From Nemertoderma westbladi (lineage: Eukaryota; Animalia; Xenacoelomorpha), in the NCBI GenBank assembly GCA_032718475.1, contig JAUCBJ010003225.1, forward strand, positions 1-64,000: a DNA stretch of 64,000 nt, given 5' to 3'. Positions 1 through 11,537 of this stretch are shown one piece after another (position 1 is the first letter of the stretch; every line of letters begins with the position of its first letter). The notes below the pieces were generated by a model. It saw nothing but the letters and a program-made list of their open reading frames with translations. It had not been told where the DNA came from and did not search any database. The position numbers and the translations under genes are program-made.

Positions 1-367
1 CGGACCTACCGATTACCCATCCCTGTGTCAGCATAGATCGGCTTGCCACGGACCTACCGATTACCCATCCCTGTGTCAGCATAGATCGGCTTGCCACGGA
101 CCTACCGATTACCCATCCCTGTGTCAGCATAGATCGGCTTGCCACGGACCTACCGATTACCCATCCCTGTGTCAGCATAGATCGGCTTGCCACGGACCTA
201 CCGATTACCCATCCCTGTGTCAGCATAGATCGGCTTGCCACGGACCTACCGATTACCCATCCCTGTGTCAGCATAGATCGGCTTGCCACGGACCTACCGA
301 TTACCCATCCCTGTGTCAGCATAGATCGGCTTGCCACGGACCTACCGATTACCCATCCCTGTGTCAG
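1..367. repeat. 48-bp tandem repeat, ~7.6 identical copies (runs off window start)
   Basis: Unit cggacctaccgattacccatccctgtgtcagcatagatcggcttgcca; line 241 is identical to line 1 (5x48). Confidence 0.97.
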
Positions 368-931
368 GTGTAATAAATAGTAATACATTTTCGATAAGGG
401 GATATTGGTTGAAGAATAGGGTGATCCAACCTGTATGTGAAATTACAATTGTGACGCTTTAAGTATTGCACGTGGGAACTATTTGGGCAATTTTTTCGTC
501 TAGCAACTTAATTTTGTTCAAATTAACTTGTTAGATATTTTATTCCAAAATTGAAACATTACTCAACGCCGTTAGTATTAACAGCGAGTTGTTATTTAGC
601 ACTTTACAACTTCAGAGGACATTACAGCATTGTATTGGCCTGTACATTTAGTATTGTATTTGGTGTTATCAGTGAAGTATGTCCCCATAGTGGACATTAC
701 TTAACGCCGTCATTGGTTACCACGTAAACAATAGATTGAAATAACAAGTAGCTATATTATTAACATGGCTCCAAACGCCACCATAAATATAAGCCAACTT
801 ATTTATAACATAATTTATGTCATTTTTACATTTATTTTTACAGCAACTAATTTAATTTGTGCAGTTTCTATCACTTATAATAAATAATATATTGAAAATC
901 ATTTCGTAATGTTAAAATTTTGGAATAAAAC

Positions 932-1083
932 TACATACATACTTGTTGCAAGTGTGTTGTTGCAAACTTTACAGTGTTCTGATCCTCGTGGCTTTATTTT
1001 CACTCACTCACTAACGTTCGTTCGTGTAACAAAGCCACTCGGATCACCACACTGTAAAGTGATACTTTACACACAAGTATGTA
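932..1083. repeat. Imperfect long hairpin, probably a transposon-terminal palindrome
   Basis: ctttacagtgt/acactgtaaag and gtggcttt/aaagccac arms surround a cactcactcac...gttcgttcgtg centre. Confidence 0.6.
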
Positions 1084-1549
1084 AATAGTTATAACCCTAT
1101 TTGGCCCTGGCTGTCAATTTAGTAAATCTTCTTCAAGTCAAAATAGTGTCAAATCGCTTACCCCTGACCTCCTGCCATCCTACCACTTACGCCTATGTAA
1201 TTGCATTATATAAAGTATCCGAATTTCATCGTAATAAGCTATCGTTTTCATATTTCACTCACTCAGGTTGCTCATTAGTATAAAATTTCCATTCAAGTCT
1301 GTATGGGACACCGTGACACTTTATACAGTATATACTACTACTACATAATAATTTCCTAAATCCTACTACTACACTACTACCAATCTAACGTCCGTAGCAG
1401 CCCGCTCCACTTTATTCAGTATAGAACCCCGAAGAAATTACCCTAAAACACTTTGTGACAACAACATTTATGGCCAATCTTGAGCTTTATTTCATTCGAG
1501 CTCAAGAATCGTGATTTGTACATTAATACATTCACTTTATTGAATGTAT

Positions 1550-1790
1550 TATGTGATTTATTACAATATGATCCTGATATTAGCTGGCTAACATAACATC
1601 TGGCGCTACCCGCATTGAATGACAATTAATGCACTTGCACAGCGCTCCACTTCACATTGCTGCTTCCTCCTTGTAATTCACTATTGAGATCAGTTGGAGT
1701 GTGAAATGTTGTTAACTGCAAGGAGTTGATGGGACCACCATGTTCCGCCGTGCTTCCAGATCCACACTTTCCAAAACAATTTTTTGGAAA
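1550..1790 (-). pseudogene. Possible degenerate hAT transposase C-terminal fragment
   Basis: Minus strand reads CEVERCASAL, resembling the hAT dimerisation motif (S)CxVERxFS; several stops follow. Confidence 0.3.
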
Positions 1791-2070
1791 TTTCCGTCAA
1801 ATGATATTTTGGGCTTAGATATTGTTTCATTCTATAATTCTATAATATAATAATTCTATATAGTTTCATCCTATAATAATTGTGCACATTTTCAGTAGCC
1901 AACAAGTGTTTTTTTTATAGTTCAAACCATAATTTGCTTATATTGTTTAAAATTAGCTAGCTACTTTTACCGTGTTTTTTTTTGATCACTTCAAATATAC
2001 TTAATTTAAAATTATATATTTAAATAATAAATATATAATTTTAATATATTTTAAATTTACAATAATTTTG

Positions 2071-2880
2071 TCCATCACCTGTATAGGTGTGTGCCTCTCC
2101 ACCTCAGAGTGGTCATCACCTCTAGTATGTGTGTGTACCTCTTCACCTGTCTGTCTCCATCACCTGTATGTGTGTGAGTACCTCTCCACCTCAGAGTGGT
2201 CCATCACCTCTAGTATGTGTGTGTACCTCTTCACCTGTCTGTCTCCATCACCTGTATGTGTGTGAGTACCTCTCCACCTCAGAGTGGTCCATCACCTCTA
2301 GTATGTGTGTGTACCTCTTCACCTGTCTGTCTCCATCACCTGTATGTGTGTGAGTACCTCTCCACCTCAGAGTGGTCCATCACCTCTAGTATGTGTGTGT
2401 ACCTCTTCACCTGTCTGTCTCCATCACCTGTATGTGTGTGAGTACCTCTCCACCTCAGAGTGGTCCATCACCACTAGTATGTGTGTGTACCTCTTCACCT
2501 GTCTGTCTCCATCACCTGTATGTGTGTGAGTACCTCTCCACCTCAGAGTGGTCCATCACCTCTAGTATGTGTGTGTACCTCTTCACCTGTTTGTCTCCAT
2601 CACCTGTATGTGTGTGAGTACCTCTCCACCTCAGAGTGGTCCATCACCTCTAGTATGTGTGTGTACCTCTTCACCTGTCTGTCTCCATCACCTGTATGTG
2701 TGTGAGTACCTCTCCACCTCAGAGTGGTCCATCACCTCTAGTATGTGTGTGTACCTCTTCACCTGTCTGTCTCCATCACCTGTATGTGTGTGAGTACCTC
2801 TCCACCTCAGAGTGGTCCATCACCTCTAGTATGTGTGTGTACCTCTTCACCTGTCCATCACCTGTATATGTGTGTACATC
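2071..2880. repeat. 88-bp satellite (~9 copies) made of two diverged 44-bp subunits
   Basis: ORF track repeats every 88 bp. Subunit A tccatcacctgtatgtgtgtgagtacctctccacctcagagtgg; subunit B tccatcacctctagtatgtgtgtgtacctcttcacctgtctgtc. Confidence 0.97.
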
Positions 2881-4417
2881 TCATCCTCAATTGCCCATTT
2901 CTTCACAAATCACTGCTGATTGTATCAATCAGTGCGGTTGAAAATCAATTTTCCGTGAATATTGAAAGTAAACCAGTCATGATGAGGTGAAGACTATTGT
3001 ATTCTTATAGGGATCTTAATGTATATCCAGAATTTATAGTCCTGCACATAACAACGTAAAATATCTGTATGACTGTATGAAAAGAAGAAAATGATGCATC
3101 AAAGTATACATTGCTAATAGTTGATGGAGTTCATATTCAATGGGTGCCAGTCTATAGCAGTACTTTATTTAAGAAGTTGACTTTGTTTACAAGGTCTACA
3201 TAAGCTTATAATTGAAGTCCCCAAAGATGGCAAGTAACTCTTGTTGATCTTACCAACAACTGCACTTTGATTGATTTTTAGAAAACCTCAGATTCATCAG
3301 CACTGCTCACTGCTGCTGGCCTGGTGGGCGAATGACAAAATTTGCGAAAAAATGGAAATTTATTTATATTAATGCTTTAATGTTCTAGTAATTTGTTATG
3401 CAATAGTTTTCATTATTACTCGAGAGATGATTACTTTATTATTCAGTTCATGGAGTTATTGCAGTAAACCTGAATCTATAATTCTGTTTAATCGGTTAAT
3501 CTATTCTAACAAAGAGTTATATATATTTACGAATTTGCTGCTATTTTTATGTCAGCCTGTGGGGGCAGTAGGTTTTATTGCCAAGACATTATACCATAAC
3601 AGCTTACAATTGGTTCAGTTGCAACAGGAAATAAGGAACTTGATCTGACTGGAGTAATACTGTAATAATTATGGTACCGTGTATCTCAACAGGACCAAAG
3701 CGAATATCAACTTAAATGTACTTATATCTCAGTTATTGCTGTCCGATTAATTAGTTTACCCGGAGTCATGACATGTTCAGCGCTGCAATATGTGCAATAA
3801 TGCAGCGATAATAAATCAGGAAGCAAAGCTCGACAAAACCAGACAATAATATTATTGAAATTATAATGATTAATAAACATCCAACATATGAATAATATTG
3901 ACCATCGCTTTGCAACTTTTATGATTACTTAGAATATATTAATATATTATTTTAAATTACAAATAAAACGCCACTAGTCTTAAACAAAGTAAATCTTCTT
4001 AAATTTATAAAAATAAATACACTGAAGTTAACTAAAATGTGGGGTTTTAGTTAAATTTAGTGTAATTATTTTAATGAATTCAAGAAGATTTACATTGCGG
4101 AAGACTAGTAGTGTTTTATGTGTAATATATTAATAGACTTCCGAGCCGTCCGGGCTCACACCACTTACTTGTGAGATTAATATATTTTTTATGCATACAT
4201 ACCTTTTATATCTCCATAACGGAGATCAGTTATCTGTGTCAGTTTATCGGCATTTGTGTTAGTGTATACCCTTGTGTTTTATTACAGACACCACGTTCGA
4301 TTTGTGTTGTAAGAGTTTCAATTAAATAAATTGTAACACAATAATATATGGAACAACATAAATGCCATTGTTTACATATGTTAGGTTACATATAGGACCT
4401 GCTTTATAGAAGTAAAA

Positions 4418-6031
4418 GTGTCTGAGTCTGTACTCCCAGATATTCCCATTGGCGATATCTCCTTTGCAGAAGTGAAGGCTGCTGCAAAGAGCATTAAGAC
4501 CAATCGTGCCAGTGGAGTAGATGGTGTTCCCCCTGAGGTCTTTAAAATACCTGAGTGTTTAAAGCTCATCTATCCCATCATAGTAGATATGTACCGAACA
4601 ACAAGAGTCCCACAAGAAATGAAAACAAATAAGTTGGTGCCAGTTCCCAAGAAGGGCAACCTAACACTCTATGGTTCTTTTGGGGGAATCTCATTGATCT
4701 CGATTGCTGCAAAGCTATACAATAGGATTCTATTAAATCGCATCAGTGATCCCATAGAGAGACTGCTCCGTGGAAATCAGAATGGGTTCCGTAAAGGTCG
4801 TGGGACCATGGAGCCCATTTTGGCACTTAGAAGGATAATTGAAGAATTATCAAAAAAGAAAGACAGGCATCTGGCTGTTATCTTTGTTGACTTCTTCAAG
4901 GCCTTTGATTCAGTCTCTCGCTCACGTATGTTCAGCATACTTTCATTATATGGGATTCCTGATGAAATTATTGCAGCAATCAGATCAGTATACGATGGTT
5001 CGACAACATTTGTGTCTACTGTTGACGGTGACACAGAACCATTTGAAGTGTTATGGGGCGTCCTCCAAGGAGACACACCTGCACCATTCTTGTTCATTAT
5101 TGTGGTTGACTATGTTCTACGCATCTCCTTAGATCATCATAATGATGATGGGGTGATGATAACTCCACCTACTGGCTCCAGAAGTCGAGGAAATCCTGCC
5201 AAGTACCTAACTGATCTAGACTTTGCTGATGAATTAGGAGTACTCTCAGAATCATTAGAGGGAGCCCAACGGCTCCTCAGCTCATTAGAACATGCTGCTT
5301 CTAGTGTTCGTCTTTTTATTAACCCCAGAAAGACCAAAATTCTGACAGTTAACTTTGAAAGTCCTCAGCAAGTCTCTGATCGGATGAGCATAAGCTCAAA
5401 GAATGGTATGCTTGAGCATGTGGACGACTTCTGTTACCTGGGATCATGGATCCGGAAGTCAGGTGAGGACCTTCGAATACGTAAGGGAAAGGCATGGGCA
5501 GCCTTGAATAGGCTTTCCAGGATTTGGAAGTCACCGAGAATTAATCTGAAACTTAAGGTCCGATTATTTAGAGCAGCAGTAGTTCCAGTACTCCTCTACG
5601 GGAGTCCATGCTGGGCTCTAACTGCTGAGGACACCAAATCTCTGGATGGCACATTCACAAGAATCCTACGCCGGGTTCAATGTTTCAAGTACAATGCACA
5701 CATCTCCAACCAGACACTATATAACATTGGAGGTGTCTCATTGGTTCCCCCAGGCTTGACACCAGAACAAAATCGCCTCCGCTTTGCAGGACATTGCTTT
5801 CGCCGTGAGGACCAGCCAGTGCATAATCTTGTACTTTGGCAGCCTCATGCAGTGAATAAGCATGGTGGACAGCCCATGACTTTCTTGAGACGTATCTTAA
5901 AGGACACTGGCCTTAAAGATGTGGATGATCTAGCAAATGTCATGGGTGATAGGGAGTTGTGGCGGTGCAATTTTGTTGACAAGCCGGCACAGCATTCCTA
6001 AAAATGCAGCTGCAATGCAGCATGCCGATCC

Positions 6032-6062
<31 letters not shown>
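4418..6062 (+). mobile_element. 5'-truncated RTE-clade LINE (RT to C-terminus, (TAG)n tail)
   Basis: 527-aa ORF with GVDG, PVPKKG, QNGFRKGR, FVDFFKAFDSV, GVLQGD, FADE (catalytic DD altered), FCYLGS and RLRFAGH motifs; short 3'UTR ends in (TAG)10. Confidence 0.95.
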
Positions 6063-6063
<1 letters not shown>

Positions 6064-6642
6064 TCTGGTTTGATTGTATGATATTTATAGAAATTTTCTC
6101 TGAGAACGGCAAAGCTGGTACAATAATTTTATCACACCAAGCTGAGTTTAAATTTAAAGCATCCAATCCTTTATTACTAGTGCTGGTAATAGAGAATGGA
6201 TATGATTGTTTGACTATTTACCAAAAAAAATAATATCTCAGAAAAACTGCACAGGCAATATTCTTACATTCCCAACACATGGCATATTTCCACATACTAC
6301 GCAATTGATAAAGAATAAGGAGTAATTCAATTGATTTCTTGAAATTACTATTTGATTTTCACAATAACTTATTTACTAAGTTTTAATCTCAAGCAAAAAT
6401 ATGATATCGAACTGTAATAGGAACAGTGTGGTATGGGGAATAAAAAATCTAAATCTAATGTAAAACCAGAGATATTAATTTAATTCATCTTCCTTCACTT
6501 GTTTCCACATGGATCCATATCCATCGCACTTTAGAACCTTATACAGCTGTTCCCTCACAATCTTCGCAAGCGTCGTGCACTTAAAGGATAGTGATTAGTT
6601 AAGGAGATGTAAAAAAGTTATCGATGAATGTGTGAATTGGTC

Positions 6643-6916
6643 TTTTTATTAACTCCAGAAAGACCAAAATTCTGACAGTTAACTTTGAAAGTCCTCAGCA
6701 AGTCTCTGATCGGATGAGCATAAGCTCAAAGGATGGTATGGTGGACAGCCCATGACTTTCTTGAGACGCATCTTAAAGGACACTGGCCTTAAAGATGCGG
6801 ATGATCTAGCAAATGTCATGGGTGATAGGGAGTTGTGGCGGTGCAATTTTGTTGACAAGCCGGCACAGCATTCTTAAAAATGCAGCTGCAATACAGCATG
6901 CCGATCCTAGTAGTAG
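6643..6916 (+). mobile_element. Internally deleted copy of the same RTE family
   Basis: Matches ~5310-5410 joined at an 'atg' microhomology to ~5862-6040; TAG tail. Confidence 0.9.
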
Positions 6917-7344
6917 TTATACCAGCATGTCACGAACAAGGTATTCCATTCCCTGTTCCATAGAAAGGAAATCGAACTCAATTTTAAACTCATAGAATTA
7001 CTCTAATCTCAATAGCAGCGGAGTTACTCAACCGAATTATGAATCAATACAATCAAGGATCCCTTTAAATAGGTCTCGCGGCTTCTAATTACCGGTAACT
7101 TCAATTATTACGGAATTGGTGTATCTTTGTTGATTGTAGGTAGAACTTAAGATGCGGTAAAATAATCAACAGCCAGTTTCTGGTAGAATGCATATAATAA
7201 TTGAGTTACCGTACTTGACTGACACATTCCTGACATTCGGACATAATGCATACTTCCACATACTGACATTCGGGACTGAATTCCTCTCTGAGCAACCTCT
7301 CGTCTCTTGAAATTGCCGAATTTACAGAAAAAAATTACAGATGA

Positions 7345-7638
7345 AGCCCCGTTCACATCCAATGGTGCGTGAGCGTTAAAGTAGTCTAGCAGTATTGAAG
7401 CGGTAAGCCAGCGGTACACTACCCGGAGCCCGTTCACACCCAACGGTAATGTTGCGGTAACTGATTGTCTATCTGTCGACTGTGGATTCAACAGGAAATT
7501 ACATTAATTGTTTTAACATTGTTTAAATGGGCTGCGGTAAACCGCGAGGTTTAGCGCAGAACTACCTGTTGGGTCGGTGTACCGCTGGCCCTGTGGTACA
7601 ATACGCGATGTACCGTTCCGTTGGATGTGAATGGGCCT
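7345..7638. mobile_element. MITE with PIF/Harbinger-like TIRs
   Basis: agccccgttcacatccaa ... ttggatgtgaatgggcct; flanks tga/taa; a third TIR-like copy lies at ~7428. Confidence 0.6.
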
Positions 7639-9889
7639 TAAAGAATTTACAATACACCATACATAAAACATGCTATAAAATGACTATAAATTCAACATAA
7701 CAAATAAATAATATATTTAAACATATTAACCCCCCAGGGGGTCATTATGGGCCCATGTGAAGAATACCAGACTTTCTGCCGTTATATTTCACTTTGCAGT
7801 TACCCCCATGTGAAGAATACCAGGTTTTCACCAAAAACACAGGTTACAGAAGGGCTGAATCTAACCAAAACAATAAACAAATTAGTATCTATGCAGGTTA
7901 TAAGACAGAAATAAGCGCTATAAAACACTTAAAAAAGATAAATTAAAAAAAATAAAAAATCTTCATATATAAAATTCCAATAAAAAGTCGACCGAAAAGT
8001 GAAATCCTGGTATTCTTCACAAGGGCGTCATTATGACCCCACCCGTGTTTTTTTGTTGTAACTCGGAAACAAACGCAATTTTATGACTTTTCCTAAAAAT
8101 CTGTCTTCCTAATAGTGAAAACGGTTTTCAAAAATTGTAAAGGATTCCTCGTGCCTTCAGCACGATAAGCTCCTAAACGGCTTTTAAAAGTATTTCAAAA
8201 TAATTTAAAGTGCTGATACACTTTGTTAACAGTATTGGTTCATCGGTCGAGAAGACTGACTTGTAAATAGCTCGCATAAAACACGGTCCTTCAATGACTT
8301 GTTATTTACGGACTTTCAAGATAGTACTAAATAAAACACAGTGATATATATTTTCCAGATGGTAATAATGCAGCCTTGGAATAAAAATAGTGTACGCTAC
8401 ATAACACCATAGAAAATCCTCGGGGAAGAGGGAAAATGATAAACCGGGTGGGGGGTGCTTTGGGTCCGTCAGGATCCAAAGTATAGACTCGAAAAATAAT
8501 ACAATCCAAAAAAATTGAAACCAAAATGTAGAGCAGAAAATACGGTATTTCAGTCGTTTCTTATGCTAAAATACTCAGAAAAAGTATAATATGGAAAAAA
8601 AAGTCTAAAAATAGGGTTTTAGTCAAAAACGTTATAGTCGGTCCTAATAAACTTGGTGCAGCTTCACGCTATTGGAAAACTTGAAATAGTACAAACACCA
8701 GGTTACTTTCTGTGTCCAAACGGGGGAGGGACCGATTGGACGCAGGAAGTTAGCTGCTACTTTGTCCTATGACTCAGAGATTTGACCGAATGTCGCTCCA
8801 ATGAATGAGCCTGCGGGTAGAGCGCGCAAGCTCTAGAGGGATGGTTGGCCAAAAGCTTTGTTCTCAGCGGGATCTACCCAGGAAGTCTGCCGACTGCTGA
8901 GAAACTGAGCCAAGATAACGTGCCAGGGGCTGCCATATACATGGCCGAGTGTTTCTGACTCTCGAATTTGTGAAATGTCGCCCCTTTTAAACCAGGTGTT
9001 TTGGGTCAATATGGAGTTGACCCCCAATTAACTAACACTTGCTGCGGATGGTGGTCTTTCCTTGGTAAGGATCTGTTAAATACACGTTAAGTTATGATTG
9101 ATTGAAATTGACAGATAAACTGAGCAGTAATGTGTCCACTACTCTTTATGTCATTGAGAGTTTTTATTGGATATAATAATGATTCCCTGAGTATGTAGGT
9201 AGAGTAGTAGGTATGTAGGCCAGGCGCAATAGGGAAGAGTTCTCCAGGTTCTCCCATTGGGTGTAGATAATTGGAAGAGAATCCAGGGGTGGTATGTGGG
9301 TTTATTAAGCGGTTAAAGGTAACTGTGAAGGACAAGGGCTGTAGTATATTCAATAACATAACATAACAATAACATAATAAGCTGCACTTCTCTCCATCAT
9401 ATAAAAAATAAAGATATAAAAAAACAAAGATTTCCAGAGCAGAGAGCCAAGTTCTGCACCACATTTGAAACCAATAATGGCACTGGCAAAAGTCTGCCTT
9501 CCAAACGTTCAAGGAGGATGCACTTGAGTAAAATGTCTACCAACCAGAAGCGAATGTAGTTCATAAATAAATGAAAAAGTAAATGTTGAATATAAATGCA
9601 GTATATAAATAAAAACAGTAGGAATGCTTTCTGTGGGTGCATCGTGGATATGGATTTTAACCACAATAAAAGTAATAATATATAATATTATAAGTATTAA
9701 TAAAAGTTAGAATTGTTTACTGTTATTATGTATTAAATATTGTGGGGTGATTCAAAACTGCGAGCCATCAGCGAACTGTTAAAATTAATTATACTATAAA
9801 TTAAATCGGTAAAAACTTTCTGACTTTGTGGCGACAAAAATGACATTATATTTATTATACAATAGGCTTAGCTTTCGTGCTGTTTACTA

Positions 9890-10804
9890 CCGGTGTAACA
9901 GGAAAATATGCCCCCCGGGAAATGTGCCCGGGGGGGCATATTTTCCTAGGAAAAAATGCCCCCCCGGGCAAATTTCCCTAGGAAAAAATGCCCCCCTTAG
10001 GAAATTATGCCCCCCCTGAATTATACAATAAACAAAACTTATTACTACTAAAACTTACAAAAATTATACAAAACAATAAACAGTCACTTTACCAAATGAA
10101 GGAAAGGAGCAGGTTACAGAGGCAGGCCTTTCTAACCAAAACAATAAACGATCATTTAACTAATTGAGGGAAAGGAGTAGGTTACAGAGGCGGGATTTTC
10201 TAACCAAAACAATAAACAGTCACTTTAGCAAATCAGGGAAAGGAGCAGGTTACAGAGACGGGATTTTCTAACCAAAACAATAAACGATAACATTACCAAT
10301 TGAGTGAAAGGAGCAGGTTACAGAGGCGGGATTTTCTAACCAAAACAATAAACAATCACTTTACCAAATCAGGGAAAGGAGCAGGTTACAGACTTAAAAA
10401 AGCTTGGAGCTGCTCGACGCCCACACAACACCACACACTCGCACTGCTGTTATACCAGTAGTTACTACAGTAGCCTACTGACTTAGATACTTCAGTATGC
10501 TGTTCTACATCCCTTACTGCCTTACCTGCTTACCTACCGGCAGACCGGTACCGTACTATTCTTCCAACTATTACAAGTTCTGCAGTTGGTAGATTAAAAG
10601 TGGCTACCATCAGACCGGTATCGTACCAGTTTTCAGACTTTTGAGGGGGGCTAATTTTCCTGAGGGGAGGCATTATTTTCGAAGGAGAAAATGCCCCCCC
10701 GGGCTAAATTTCCTAGGAAAAATTGCCCAGGGGGACATAATATCCTAGGAAATAATGCCCCGGGGGGCATATTCTAGGGGGGGCTGATTTCCTTGTGACA
10801 CCGG
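9890..10804. mobile_element. Non-autonomous TIR DNA transposon with TA target duplication and an internal 68-bp array
   Basis: ta|CCGGTGTAACAGGAAA ... TTTCCTTGTGACACCGG|ta; subterminal ggaaaaatgcccccc repeats on both arms. Confidence 0.85.
10103..10392 (+). repeat. 68-bp tandem repeat (4+ copies) carrying the bipartite motif
   Basis: aaaggagcaggttacag-like starts at 10103, 10171, 10239, 10307 and 10375. Confidence 0.95.
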
Positions 10805-11537
10805 TATCATTTAGGTTAGGGCTGCGATACACACCTGTTTTTTGTTTATTTTGTGTTTGTTTGTTTTTGAAGGCCCTAGTGGCATTAGTACTAATTTAGG
10901 GCTTAATGTACGGATTTAATAATATTTTTGAAGTTTATGGGGTGTAGGGCCTAAGTTTCTAGTGTTTGCCTGAGTGGTTGATTCATTGCTGTATTATGTG
11001 AAAATCGAATATACTACTTTATATAGTATGAGTTTGCCATAGCAACCTAACAGTTATCTATCAGTATCACTGATTTATCCTTGTACAGGTATGGTATGTG
11101 GTTTGGTTTGTACAGTGTTCTAGGGTCAGGTGTCTGATGGGATAATTGGTAACAGGTTTGTTTGGTGCGATTATACTATGTCATGGGCGCAGTATAGATA
11201 GGTATTTGCTAATTCTTCACCCGACTGATTAGGTGTTGGAGATTAGTAGTGTATTGGTCTCAGACACCGAAAAAGCAACCATATTTTTGAAAAATTAATA
11301 TTATTTTTGCCCTAGTTCTACCCCTTTTTGCGGCTTCTTAAAGAATATAGGTGTATGGGATGTATGTGTGTGTGTGTGCCGCGTTAGAAGCCATAATTGT
11401 CAGAATCCTATATATATCTATCAATAGTATAATTATATTGTTCAAGGAGATGGCTTGCAGTTTTCCTGCAGGAAGGATCCACTTGTGTATTATATGGATC
11501 ACATGTGTATATAATGCAACTCTAGGCAAAATAAATA

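Noticed and set aside
1-367. 48-bp repeat as a repetitive protein exon
   Set aside because: Some frames are open, but copies are identical at the DNA level and there is no start or splice context.
2068-2990. Cys-rich repeated ORFs
   Set aside because: Translation artefacts of the 88-bp satellite, whose unit is not a multiple of 3.
8700-9060. Possible solo LTR (GC-richer block)
   Set aside because: No convincing TG...CA termini with a TSD.
10103-10392. CRISPR-like repeat/spacer pattern in the 68-bp array
   Set aside because: The variable parts are homologous to each other (alternating variants), not unique spacers; the array lies inside a MITE.
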